DNA of 64,000 nt from Phyllobates terribilis. Taxonomy: Eukaryota. The notes under the pieces were generated by a model, which saw nothing but the letters and a program-made list of their open reading frames with translations, was not told the origin of the DNA and did no database searches. The number at the start of each line of letters is the position of its first letter. The first letter of the stretch is position 1. Below are positions 1 to 12,567 of this stretch, piece by piece. Position numbers and translations under genes: made by a program. Location: contig NW_027362762.1 in NCBI RefSeq assembly GCF_046119375.1, forward strand, positions 706,304,001-706,368,000, given 5' to 3'.

Positions 1-1276
1 GATGGGTCAGTTACTATATCATCCACCACCTTGTCTTTCACTTCTGCACCCTGTTCCTCCTCCTGACTTTCTGGCAATTGTCTCATCACCATCCACCTCT
101 TGTTACAGTTATTGCACTTTCCCACCGTTGCCTTTGTGTGACTGACTGTGGCTGCTCAAATATTTGGACATCACTACACACGTTCTCCTCTTGACTCGCT
201 TGAAGCTGGCCGGGCGAGAGGCCCAAATCTACAAATGGAAAAGTGGACAGCTCTTCGGAGTGTCTAATTGTTTGATCAGTTTTCTCTGGGCAGTCTGCAT
301 GGTGGGAGGAAGGAGGACCAGGGTGAGGAATAGGCAGTCCAGACTCTCGGCTACTGAGACTTGACCGTGTGGAAGACAGGGTGGTGGTAGCAAAGTGACT
401 GGAAGCATTATGTGCTATCCAACAAACTTTTGACACTGCTCTGGGCTGAATAGAGGTGTAATGCGGTCCTCTGGTAATTGGGACAGGAAGATCGAGTGAC
501 AAGATGTGGGTGTTTGCTGTGGCACAATTTCAGCTTGCCCACAGCCACATCCTCAGTCTCTGCATACACCATCACGTCCACTTCCCCATCCCTTGTCACG
601 CACCTTGCCATTTTAAATGCAGGACAATAATTTCCACATTCACGAGAAATGGCTGATTTGGAACGCAGTTATGTGATACATCTGATGGAGAACCACGGTT
701 TTAAATAGCAGGCCTGTAATTTACTAATATTATTCTACACAGAGACCTAGTGTGAATAGCTTGACCATCACACTGTAACGAAATGGAATTCAGAAATGGC
801 TGATTTTGGAACACTGTTATAGGTGAGCTGTTTGACAGAGAACCACGGTTTTAAATAGCAGGCCTGATAATACCATTCTTCACAGACATCTAGTGGGAAT
901 AGCTTGACTGACACACTGCAACAGAATGGAAAAGGAGGCCAATATTTTCCACGTTCAGTTCAAATTTCTGGATTTTTATATGGAACAGATCTGGCTGTAT
1001 TCTGCGGTACTAACAAGCAAATGGAGCAGAAAAAATATGTACTCTAGATTGCTTTTTAAGCAATTAACCAGGATTAAGATAAAACAAAATTGCCATGGCC
1101 CCTGATATCTGGGGCTATATCTACAAATATCTGTAATTATTATAGCCGCTACAGACAGGACGTTCAATGGACCCTCTTGCGCCATATGCACTACAGTCTG
1201 CTACATACACTGCTTGACTGCCTAACTTATATGCAGCTGGATTAGTCCTCAGAAGGACTTAGTTCAGATGGATATA
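1..1276 (-). mobile_element. hAT (ZBED-like) element remnant: degenerate transposase N-terminus (1-~615) plus 5' subterminal repeats
   Basis: Minus-strand peptide WIAHNASSHFATTTLSSTRSS parallels the N-terminal segments of the hAT copies at 9940-10323 (QRISSAPLSGLSSTST) and 62412-62813 (QWMANAASSGLSS). A ~150-bp direct repeat occurs at ~644 and ~790. The tagtcctcagaaggact motif resembles the hAT subterminal motif at ~11492. Confidence 0.6.
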
Positions 1277-1278
1277 TA

Positions 1279-2249
1279 CAGTACAGACCAAAAGTTTGGA
1301 CACACCTTCTCATTTAAAGATTCTTCTGTATTTTCATGACTTTGAAAATTGCACTTTCACACTGAAGGCATCAAAACTATGAATTAACACATGTGGAATT
1401 ATATACTTAACAAAAAAGTGTGAAACAACTGAAAATATGTCTTATATTCTAGGTTCTTCAAAGTAGCCACCTTTTGCTTTGATGACTGCTTTGCACACTC
1501 TTGGCATTCTCTTGATGAGCTTCAAGAGGCAGTCACCGGAAATGGTCTTCTAACAATCTTGAAGGAGTTCCCAGAGATGCTTAGCACGTGTTGGCCCTTT
1601 TGCCTTCACTCTGCGGTCCAGCTCACCCCAAACCATCTCGATTGGGTTCAGGTCTGCTGACTGTGGAGGCCAGGTCATCTGGCGTAGCACCCCATCACTC
1701 TCTTTCTTGGACAAATAGCCCTTACACAGCCTGGAGGTGTGTTTGGGGTCATTGTCCTGTTGAAAAATAAATGATGGTCCAACTAAATGCAAACCGGATG
1801 GAATAGCATGCCACTGCAAGATGCTGTGGTAGCCATGCTGGTTCAGTATGCCTTCAATTTTGAATAAATCACCAACAGTGTCACCAGCAAAGCACACCCA
1901 CACCATCACACCTCCTCCATGCATCACGGTGGGAACCAGGCATGCAGAGTCCATCCGTTCACCTTTTCTGCGTCACACAAAGACAGGGTGGTTGGAACCA
2001 AAGATCTCAAATTTGGACTTATCAGAGCAAAGCACTGATTTCCACTGGTCTAATGTCCATTCCTTGTGTTCTTTAGCCCAAAGAAGTCTCTTTTGCTTGT
2101 TGCCTGTCCTTAGCAGGTGTTTCCTAACAGCTATTTTACCATGAAGACCTGTTGCACAAAGTCTCCTCTTAACAGCTGTTGAAGAGATGTGTCTGCTGCT
2201 AGAACTCTGTGTGGCATTGACCTGGTCTCTAATCTGAGCTGCTGTTAAC
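1279..2249 (-). mobile_element. Tc1/mariner element, 3' half (DD34E transposase C-terminus), interrupted by the hAT at 2250; resumes at 12180-12216
   Basis: TA + TIR cagtacagaccaaaagtttggacacacc at 1279. ORF 1550-1954 contains QQDNDPKH and ADLNPIEMVW. Same family as 27522-29158. Confidence 0.95.
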
Positions 2250-2740
2250 TAGTGTTGAGCCACCCCCGTAGTGTTCGAGTTCGGTTCGGTTCGTCGAACA
2301 CCCGTGTGTTCGCCGAACTGTTCGTCGAACACCTTCGAACACCGTTAAAACCAATGGCAGGCAAACAAAAACACATAGAAACACATAGAAAACACCTTCA
2401 AAGGTGTCCAAAAGCTGACAAACTGCTCAGAAGACATAACTAACACATGGAAAAGTGACAAGTACATATAGTCATGCGAAAATAAAAGAGGTGGAGGAGT
2501 AAAAGGAGGGGGAGACACAGATATAGGCATGTCATGCCTTTCTAAAATCCAAAAAGTGAGAAGCCGACACGGCCAGTCCGCTCCTGCCCGTGCCACCTCC
2601 GTGTCGCCGGGTTTGTGCCAGAGCCGCGGTGAACCCTGACGGCCAGCCCCCCTCTCCCAATACTGGTGCCTGTCCGCTGGTGGGTCGAGCGAGCCCCCCT
2701 GTGGTGGAGGCAGCTCTAAGCTTTTTAATTTAAATTGTCT

Positions 2741-3008
2741 CTCTAATTTGAATGAATACACTTTAAATCCATTTACAAGGATCTATTGGAGGGCAAGTCT
2801 CATGCCAGCAGCCGCGTAATTCCAGCTCCAGTAGCGTCCACTAAAGCTGCTGCAGTTAAAAAGCTTTTATAAGGATCGAGCTCGGCTGTCCACCGCAAGG
2901 CATCCTACTGCCAGTCCCAGCCCCTATGCCTTGGGGTGCCTCCTGATGCTCTTCACTAAGTATCCCATGGTCCCGAAGCATTTCCTTTGAAAAAATTAAG
3001 TGTCTAAA
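2741..3008 (+). pseudogene. Degenerate 18S rRNA fragment (conserved helix-18 region into V4) inside the hAT
   Basis: ggatctattggagggcaagtctcatgccagcagccgcgtaattccagctccagtagcg...gcagttaaaaagct...cccgaagcatttcctttgaaaaaatt matches the universal 18S segment GGAGGGCAAGTCTGGTGCCAGCAGCCGCGGTAATTCCAGCTCC, with many substitutions. Confidence 0.92.
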
Positions 3009-3119
3009 CTACAGGTGGTGTAGCTTGCTTAACAGCCGGGATAATCCGCTGACTAGCAGACACTGCTACTAGGCACAAAGTATTTCCTGGGCTAGATGCA
3101 GTTAAAAATTTGTAATTAG

Positions 3120-4914
3120 ATACTCTCGTTGGATGCTGAGAAAGCATTCCATAGAGTCTCCTGGCACGCCATATATTATTCTCTTAAAAAGCTTGGGGTA
3201 GGGGTCTAGGGAACCCTTTTATAGCCAAAATCACGGGCCTGTATCGCAATATGTCACCTAGGCTGAAGATAAATGGAACTGTAGCACCCTGAGGGCTCGG
3301 TTGCTACAGAGGTATTGCACCTCACCCAGAGGTGTGATATCTCACTCTCAGGTAAGGATGGAGTGTGGATCAGGACCCGACACCTGCATGCATTACACCA
3401 CATTGCCATGGGGCAGGGCGACCAATATGCCTCTGAGATGGGCACGACAGTCCCTGTCCCTGGCTGGAGTGGGGGGAGGGAACACTGAGGAAGGGGAACC
3501 CTGTAGTGCAGGAGCAGGGAGGAAGCAGTTCCTGGGTGCATTGAGAAGGGAGTATAAAAGGTGGGCACCATCTTAGTTCAGTGCAGAGAAGTCTGAGCAG
3601 AAGTGGCAGGGAGCAGGGGCTCTGCATGAGCTCTGCTCCGGAGGCGGGCCTAGTAACAGAGGCCCAGGCCTGGAAGAGGAGCGGAGAAGGCTCCTGGAAC
3701 GAGGAATGAAGGGATCCCAGGGGTGCGGACGGGCGAGTCGCCACCGCACGCCCGAATCCACCTGCGTGGAGGGGTCATGCCAAAGGGGGAGATCGGTCCC
3801 CGAAACTAGTGGAGGCAGGAAACGACCCTCAGTTAGAAACCGGAGGCTGTGACATTTTATGTGGCGCAGCCCCTCGCTACACCCGCTAGGAAGGCACCAC
3901 ATAGGGTCAGGGAAACTGGCGCCAAGTTTACCAAGAGGAGGCCCGAGGCAGCCGGACAGAAGGGTTGGTAAGAAAGGCCAGACAAAGGACACACAAATGG
4001 GGTCCTGTGAAGCGCTCCAAAGTTATCTGGGAGTTGTCTGAGCCCCTCACCTGGTGAGCACAGTACGACGTGGGCAGCCGTTACCTGCAGACGTGGTCTG
4101 GATAATAAGAACTGTGAGTAAAGGCCCTGGACTGCATCACTGACTCCGTGTCGTTACTGCTGCTGCCCTGCACCATCACCCCCATCCTCCGCATACACTG
4201 CCCTGAGGCTATACTCCTCCCGTGGGGAGTTATGCTACGCTCTGCTGCACCCACAACACCAGCCTCAGCGGTCTGCCCTGCAGCGGCGGTTCACTCTGAC
4301 CGCAATCCACGGGTGGCGTAGTCGGACATTTAAACATCAAAACCACATAAATAGTTCCGCCACTGGTTTGACCACCCTGAGCCACGGAACCGGGTCGCCA
4401 CCACGAAGACTACAACCACCAGCATCCACCAAAAAGGTGTCCCAAGGCCCAGGGGGTGCATCAGAACATTTTCATCACCTTTCACAATCACCAATGGGAC
4501 AAGGCAGGGATGTCCTCTGTCCCCTCTCTTATACATCCTAGTGACGGAGCACCTGCTCTCATCAATTCGCCATAACCCCAATATTAGGTGGATTGAGGTG
4601 GGAGGCACCGAGTACAAGTGCTCTCTATTTGCTGATGATGTCCTAGTATATATCACTCAATCACATATATCCATCCATGCTGTTATGGCTGAAATAGATC
4701 ACTTTGTTACATGGTCAAATTTTAAAATCAATGCAGCGAAGTCTGAGGCCCTCGATGTCTCCCTCCCCAAATCCATATAGGATTCCATCCAGTCCAACTT
4801 TCCCTTTGCCTGGCCCTCACAGGGTATCAAATACTTAGGAATTCCTATTCATAGAGACCTCTCCCATCTATGTTATCTTAATTTTGGGCCCTTTATTGAA
4901 CAACTCCATACAGA
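3120..4914 (+). mobile_element. L1-clade LINE ORF2 (RT) internal fragment, split by a solo LTR
   Basis: LSLDAEKAFHRVSW (3120-3279) continues after the LTR as NGTRQGCPLSPLL...SLFADDVLVY...IKYLGI (4464-4914). Confidence 0.92.
3280..4463. mobile_element. Solo LTR (~1.18 kb)
   Basis: TGTAGCACC...GGTGCATCA termini; 4-bp TSD gaac (3276-3279 / 4464-4467); excision rejoins the L1 reading (INGTFSSPF). Same family as 51261-52476. Confidence 0.88.
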
Positions 4915-4972
4915 CCACGGTTGGCAAGTTAGAACTTGTGAACCACTGGTGTTTTGTGGAAAAGCACATGTA

Positions 4973-6335
4973 CACTGCGTTCCAAATTATTATGCAAAAA
5001 GTGTTTAGGAGTGATAAGGGAAGAATTTGTTTGTTTGTCAGTTAAACTCATTGATGGTGATGTGTGTCAGGGCTCTTTATATCACTGTAAGCAATTGCAG
5101 ACACCTGTGCTAATTAGTTTGGCAGGTGTGTCCAATGAAAGGCAAGACTACTTAAGAAGGCTGTCTCACATTATTAAGCAGCCTACATTTTCTGCCAAAA
5201 TGGGAAAGAAAAAGGATGTGTCGGCTGCTGAGAAGCAACAAATTGTGGAGTGTTTAGGTCAAGGCATGACTACAATCAACATTGTGCGATGATCAGGATG
5301 AAGTGTCTTGGCAATCAAGCAGTATGTAGCTGATTCACAGTACACACGTGTGCGTGCTGATAAGGGCAAATTGAGGACTCTTTCCTACAGGCAATTACGT
5401 CAGGTTGAAAGAGCAGCGGCAAAAAAGCCTTGTCATAGCAGCAGACAAGTTTTTGAAGCTGCTTGTGCCTCCAACGTCCCCCGAACAACAAGATGCAGGG
5501 TCCTTCAGAGGTTTGCAGCTGTGCATACGCCATCCTGTTGACCTCCTCTATCCACTTCACACAAGCAGAAATGGCTCCAGTGGGCCAAACATTACATGAA
5601 GACTGATTTCAAAACTGTTTTGTTCACGGATGAGTGCCGTGCAGCGCTCGATGGTCCAGATGGATGGAGTGGAGGATGGCTGGTTGATGGACACCCCACG
5701 CAAACACGGCTACAGCGCCAACAAGGAGGCGGTGGAGTAATGTTTTGGGCTGGAATCATGGGGAGAGAGATTGTCGGCCACTTTAGGATCCCTGAAGGCG
5801 CTAAAGATGAACTCCATAATGTATGTGGATTTTCTCAAACAGCACTTCCTGCCATGGTTCAAGAAGAAGAACCGTGTATTTCACAGCAAGATCATTTTTC
5901 TGCATGATAATGCACCATCTCATGCTGCACATAAAACATCTGCATCTCTGGCTGATATGGGCATAAAAGGGGACAAACTTATGGTGTGACCCCATGCTCC
6001 CCTGACCTGTACCCCATTCAGAACCTTTGGAGCATCATTAAAAGGAGTGTCTATGATGGCGGGAGGCAGTTCACATCTAAGCAACAGCTCTGGGAGGGTA
6101 TTCTGTCCTCATGCAAAACAATTGAAGCAGAAACCATCCAAAACCTGACAAATTCAATGGACGAGAGAGTTCAGAAGCTCCTTTCGAACAAGGGGTCCTA
6201 TGTGAAAATGTAACATCACCTAGAATAAAGTTTTGAGTTGAAAACTGTTTGATTTCAGTTTCTAACAACCTGCTAATGCTTATAATTTCAAAAATGACCA
6301 TTTTTTTGGTCTTTATTAAAATGAAAAGGTTGATC
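4973..6335 (+). mobile_element. Tc1-like element, right TIR lost
   Basis: TA + cactgcgttccaaattattatgcaaa start. Broken transposase pieces MGKKKDVSAAEKQQIV, LFTDEC, FLHDNAPSH, PDLYPIQNLW. Confidence 0.88.
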
Positions 6336-6671
6336 GAAAAGTTTGGGGGATCTCAGAGTGTGGCAACCCAGTAGTCATGATTACTTCGAATTCTGACAAT
6401 ATGAGGGTCATGCTGCAGGTAGTGCAGCAAGAAGGCACTTATGTGTCTTGCGCATCTCGGAGCCCCAAAATTATTTTCCGGGCTAGATGCAGCTAAAAAT
6501 TATTATTAATTTTAAATCTGGTCAAGCTTTACTATAGATGGCCTAATAGGATCAGTGCTGCACACTGCTACAAAGCCCAAATTATTTTCCAGCCAAGATA
6601 CAGATAAACATGATTAGTAATTTGAAAGCTTAAAACGGTTGGTAGGGTGATTTTAACCAATCATCAAGCTT

Positions 6672-9600
6672 TTACTCTCCCCAGGATGACACAGGGGTAG
6701 AAAAGTCGTTTCGGATCCATGATTTGTTCATCTTTATGAACGGGAGTCCGTCTACATCATCAGTGGAGAGCCGCGTGCGCTTATCTGTCAGCACACCACC
6801 AGCAGCGCTGAACACACGTTCAGACAGAACGCTGGCTGCGGGGCATGACAAGATCTCCAAGGCGTAAGTGGCTAGCTCCGGCCATTTATCCAGATTGGAA
6901 GCCCAAAAAGAGCAAGGGTCCAGTGACACAGTCGTGGCTTCAATGTTTACTTGGAGATACTCCTGTACCATCGTCTCTAGCCGTTGACTATGTGTCAGAC
7001 TTCTTGTCTCCTGTGGCCTTGCAAAGGATGGGCTAAAAAAGTGGTGAAATGATTCCGCAAAATTGATGTTACCAGCAGATACTGTGGTTCTGTTACGGTT
7101 TCAGTGCTGAACACTTGACGGTCCCACGGTTGGCAAGTTGGAACTGTGAGAATCACTACGTGCACCACTGGTATTTTGTGGAAAAGCACATGTAAGATTC
7201 TGCAACAGTCTCTGCTGATACTCCTGCATGCGTGCATCCCTTTCTATGGCAGGAATAATTTCTGCAAATTTACTTTTGTACCGGGGATCTAACAGTGTGG
7301 CAACCCAGTAGTCAGGATTATTTCTAATTCTCACAATTCGAGGGTCATGTTGCAGGTAGTGCAGCAAGAAGGCACTCATGTGTGTTGCGCATCCAGGAGC
7401 ACCAAGTCCCTGTTGTGTTGGTGGCGAGGTAACAATCATGCTTCCTTCCTCTGTCCTCTCCCCCCAACCTCGCACAACAGAAATGTGATCAAGGTCTCCC
7501 TCATCTGATGAGTCTTCCATCAGTTCGTCCTCCACTTCTTCCTGGGCTCCTGCACCTTCCTCACTAGTTTGGCTGCTACCATGCGCCCTGGTAAAAACAT
7601 CTCCCCCACCCTCACATGCCTGCCGCCTTGGTGCTGCCGACCGTCTGGACCTTGCAGATGTTAGCCCTTCCGCATACAACTCCTCCTCCTCTACTTCCTC
7701 CACCTCCTCTTGTGCCACCACCTGACTCCGAATTCTGTTTAACATGTGCTCCAGCATGTAAATCACCGGAATAGTCATGCTGATAATGGCATCGTCAGCA
7801 CTAAACATCTTCGTCGCCATTTCAAAACTGTGCAGAAGGGTGCATAGGTCCCTGATCTGAGACCACTCCTCCAGCGTGATTTGCCCCACCTCTGAATCTC
7901 GTTGCACAGTCGCTGCAACATGTGCAGAGTTGAATTCCACCGGGTAGGCACATCGCATTTTAGCCGGTGAAGTGGCAGGCCCAACGACTTCTGTAGAGAT
8001 GTAAGTCGCTGAGCTGCGGGATGCGAACGGCGGAAGTGAGCACACAGCGACCGTGCCCTCTGCAGAAGGCCATCTAGTCTGGGATAGTGGGCTAAAAATT
8101 GCTGGACAACCAGGTTCAACACGTGAGCCATACAAGGCACGTGTGTGACATTGCCCCGGCGAAGGGCCGCACCCAGGTTTGCAGCATTGTCGCACACGGC
8201 CTTCCCTGGTTTCAGGTCCAGTGGAGACAACCATTCATGAAATTGGTTCTCCAGAGCTGACCACAACTCCTCAGCTGTGTGACTCACATTTCCCAGACAT
8301 TTCAATGTAAAAACCGCCTGATGACGTTGAGCCCTACTGCCAGCATAGTAAGGAGGTGTGCAGGATCCCTTCTGCGCATTTAGAAAGCTTGTGGCATGAC
8401 CAGACAGGCTTTGGGTGCAGGTGGAAGACCGAGAGGAGGTTGAGGAGGCAGAAGCAGTGGAGGAACTTTGACATAGAGAGGATTGACGCACAACTCGTGG
8501 GGACGGCAAGACTTGGACAGCAGCCCCTTGTCCTGCTGTCACCATAGTTACCCAGTGCCCAGTCAGCGACATGTAACGCCCCTGTCCATGCCTACTCGTC
8601 CAAGTGTCTGTGGTGAAATGCACCCTGTCACACACAGAGTTTCTCAAAGAAGCGGTGATGTTGTGTGCGACATGCTGGTGGAGCGCAGGCACACCTTTTT
8701 TTGAGAAGTAGTGCCGACTGGGCATCTGGTACTGGGGCACTGCGACGGACATAAGGTCTCGAAAATCCTCTGTGTCCACCAGGCGGAAAGGCAGCATTTC
8801 TGTAGCCAAGAGCTTGCAGATGGTGAAATTCAACCTCTTAGCTTTCTCATGGCTAGGAGGAAATGGTCTTTTACTTGTCCACATCTGAGGGACCGAGGGC
8901 TGGCTATTGTGCTTAGACGGGGTTGATAAGGGTGTCCCCGGCAAACTGCCAGTCTGTGAGGAAGATGCAGGCGGACATGTTAGGTTGCCTTGATCCAAAG
9001 GTGGTGCTATCGATGTCGGACAGCGCTCAACACCAGCTGGTGTTACCACCTCCAAAGAAAATAATGACCTGCCAATCACGCTGGCTGTTGCGGGTAAAGA
9101 GGTGGCAGGTCTGCGCCCCAAAACAGGTGTGACTGCTGTCCCCCCAGTCACAGAGGATGAAGAGGCCGCGGATGCACAAGATATGGCAGACGGTGGTTGG
9201 CCCGGCCGGCTAGGCCGCATTGTAGCACACTGAGCTTCCCACTGCAACTTATGCTTCATGTCCATGTGCCGGTTCATGCATGATGTACTCAAACTATGTA
9301 TTTTTTGGCCTCTACTTAGCTTTTGCTGACAAATGTTACAGATAACACGAGTTGGGTCATCTTTATCGATCTGAAAAAATGCCCAGGCTATGCAAGGCTT
9401 AGCACCCATGCGACCTGAAGAGCCACCACGACTTGTGGTGAGAGGCAGAGTTGTGTTTGAGGATGCAGTTGTTGACGTGCTTCCAGTACTACGTCTCGGT
9501 CCAGGAAGGCGCAACCTGACCTCGTCGTCACTAGCATCTTCCTCCACCTCCTCTGCTGACCTCATCTCTTGGCTGACTGTGGGTTGACAGTAAGTGGGAT

Positions 9601-10323
9601 CTCCAACCTCATCATCATCACCCTGTGCGTTATCACACCCGTCGTCCTCAGAGCCAACCTGTTCCTGCCCTGACAAAAAACTAAAGTTGTCGCTCCAATC
9701 AGGTATTTGAGTCTTATCATCGTCTTCCTCATTGTCTCCACCAACAGGAGTTACAGTTTGGGAATGAGGGTCTACATTATGGTCAGAACCTTCTGCGTCT
9801 GGTCCTGGATCCGACTCATAAATATTCTGGGCATCAGTGCAGATCATTTCCTCGTCTGGATTCACAGAAGCGCTGGAGTCGACCTCTGATTCCCAGGCTA
9901 TAGTATGAGTAAACAGCTCTGCAGACTCAACCATCTGTTCTACCTCATACTCAGACGGGTAGCTGGAGATTGGGAGCTGTGAGGAAGCAAATGCGATTGG
10001 GGTGACACCTTTGAGGACTGGAGTATTTGTGATGTTGAAGTTGATGTGGAGGAGAGCCCACTTAAAGGAGCACTTGATATCCGTTGAAGCACCTGCTGTT
10101 TTTGTGCCTCATCTGGAATTTGTAGCGATTGGCGTGGCCGTAAGAAAGGGATCTTATCACATTGTCCGCTAAAAGAAGTAGACATTTTAGTTTGGCTGGA
10201 AGATGGTCTTTCTTCTGCAGATGTTACTGTTGCTTTAACACCTACCCCACGGACACAACCTTTTTTCCCCTTCCCAACACGCCTATTCCCCTTTCCACCA
10301 GCAGCAGGCCTTTTTCCACTCAT
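6672..10323 (-). pseudogene. hAT transposase (BED zinc finger + DDE core + hATC dimerisation domain), frameshifted
   Basis: BED finger WAFF...CNIC...HMDMKH; catalytic motifs FTTDTWTS, DNAANL, CMAH, CDVPTRWNST; C-terminal WPELATYALEILSCPAASVLSERVFSAAG. Split across ORFs 9940-10323, 7775-9934, 7101-8234 and 6672-6971. Confidence 0.93.
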
Positions 10324-10441
10324 TTTGGTGGTTAACTAATTCACAACACTGGAGTTGTTTGCACAAAAAAACAATGGATGGGAACCGAGCAGAGCTGAGT
10401 GGCCAAACTGTGGTATTAGGCCAAAACTATTGGCTGGGTTA

Positions 10442-11262
10442 GATGCAGAAAAAAATTATATTCGATTTGCAACCTGATGGAGGTCTGTATAGATGGATTA
10501 ATAGAACAAGTCCCACACACAGCTAGAAGCCCAATATTTTTTCAGAGGTAGATGCAGAAAAAAATATATTCAGTTTGCAACCTGATGGAGGTCTGTATAG
10601 ATGGATTAATAGAACAAGTCCCACACACAGCTAGAAGTCCAATATTTTTTCAGAGGTAGATGCAGAAAAAAATATATTCAGTTTGCAACCTGATGGAGGT
10701 CTGTATAGATGGATTAATAGAACAAGTCCCACACACAGCTAGAAGACCAATATTTTTTCAGAGGTAGATGCAGAAAAAAATATATTCAGTTTGCAACCTG
10801 ATGGAGGTCTGTATAGATGGATTAATAGAACAAGTCCCACACACAGCTAGAAGCCCAATATTTTTTCAGAGGTAGATGCAGAAAAAAATATATTCAGTTT
10901 GCAACCTGATGGAGGTCTGTATAGATGGATTAATAGAACAAGTCCCACACACAGCTAGAAGCCCAATATTTTTTCAGAGGTAGATGCAGAAAAAAATATA
11001 TTCAGTTTGCAACCTGATGGAGGTCTGTATAGATGGATTAATAGAACAAGTCCCACACACAGCTAGAAGCCCAATATTTTTTCAGAGGTAGATGCAGAAA
11101 AAAATATATTCAGTTTGCAACCTGATGGAGGTCTGTATAGATGGATTAATAGAACAAGTCCCACACACAGCTAGAAGCCCAATATTTTTTCAGAGCTAGA
11201 TGCAGAAAAAAATTATATTCAATTTGCAACCTGATGGAGGTCAGTATAGATGGACTAATAGA
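10442..11262. repeat. 108-bp tandem repeat (7 full units + partial) in the hAT 5' subterminal region
   Basis: gatgcagaaa unit starts at 10442, 10551, 10659, 10767, 10875, 10983, 11091 and 11199. Confidence 0.95.
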
Positions 11263-12216
11263 ATGATGCTATGCCCAAAAGATTTTACTTCACTAGGTGC
11301 AGTAAAAAAATTGGTATTCTATACACAGGTGGTATATCTTGCAACACAGATAGGCTACTCCACTGACTAACACACTTTGCAATAGGCCAAAAAGGATTAG
11401 CTTTGCTAGATTCAGCCAATTGCTGTGAAAAAAACTTGCACAGCACTGGCACAGACCTGCCTGGCAAAAACTGATAGGAACTGATGTAACCTAGTCCTGA
11501 AAAGGACTCCAATTACAATTAGTCTTTACTCCCACAATCTATCTATTTAAGAGCACAGACCTGCCTGATAAAAGTCGTAGGAAATGCTGTAACCTAGTCC
11601 TTAAAAGGACTGCAATCACAACTATTCCCTACTCCCAAGCTATCTGTAGATTTGTGCGAAAATTGGCTTGAAATTAACAAGGTATAGCGCACACAGCAAC
11701 AGGCGTGCAGTCTAACACGCAGCTGCAGCAGTGAGAAAATGGTGGCGACGGGGAAAATGGCTTGGTCTTATAGGGCAAGGACATGTGACATACACTGCCA
11801 ATGACACATGCCCTTGCTTGTGTGAAAAAAAGCACTTCGCTCCGTGTGTGCGCTGCTGATAGGCTGACAGATTGCACCTCCCCACTGCAAATGCGGGAAA
11901 GAGAAAAAAAAATGGAGATCTTCATTGTTCCTGCAGAGATCCATCCCCTGCCCCTCCCCCCACCCCGCTGTACACTCAAACTGCGTATTAACATTAATTT
12001 TCATCATTACTGAGAAAAAATCCAGTTATGATTTTGGTGCACGAACAGTTATCGAACATAACCTCGAACAGCCGAATTTTTCTCAAATTGTTCGTGTTCG
12101 CCGAATGGCTCGAACACCGCCCAAAACAGCTCGAATTTGAGATTGGCGAACAGTTCGAGTAGAACAACGCTCATTTCTACTGTTAACCTGCGATTTCTGA
12201 GGCTGGTGACTCGGAT

Positions 12217-12567
12217 GGGGTGAGCTGGACCGCAGAGTGAAGGCAAAAGGGCCAACAAGTGCTAAGCATCTCAGGGAACTCCTTCAAGATTGTTAGAAGA
12301 CCATTTCCGGTGACTACATCTTGAAGCTCATCAAGAGAATGCCAAGAGTGTGCAAAGCAGTCATCAAAGCAAAAGGTGGCTACTTTGAAGAAACTAGAAT
12401 ATAAGACATATTTTCAGTTGTTTCACACTTTTTTGTTAACTATATAATCCCACATGTGTTAATTCATAGTTTTGATGCCTTCAGTGTGAATGTACAATTT
12501 TCATAGTCATGAACATACAGAAAAATCTTTAAATGAGAAGGTGTGTCCAAACTTTTGGTCTGTACTG
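12217..12567 (+). mobile_element. Tc1 3' end in + orientation, fused to the - strand copy at 12216/12217
   Basis: ggggtgagctggaccgcagag... matches 28808 onward; ends with TIR ...ggtctgtactg + TA. Confidence 0.9.

Larger units (their letters stand above)
2250..12179 (-). mobile_element. hAT DNA transposon (9.9 kb including nested insertions)
   Basis: 8-bp TSD ctgttaac at 2242-2249 and 12180-12187; removing the element restores the Tc1 sequence seen at ~28180-28215. Imperfect TIRs TAGTGTTGAGC / TAGAAATGAGC. Internal transposase on the - strand. Confidence 0.95.

Noticed and set aside
2560-2740. GC-rich stretch upstream of the 18S fragment as rDNA spacer or 28S piece
   Set aside because: No recognisable match from memory; would need BLAST.
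2741-3008. Genuine rDNA unit
   Set aside because: Only ~270 bp, mutated in universally conserved positions, with no flanking 18S, ITS or 28S.
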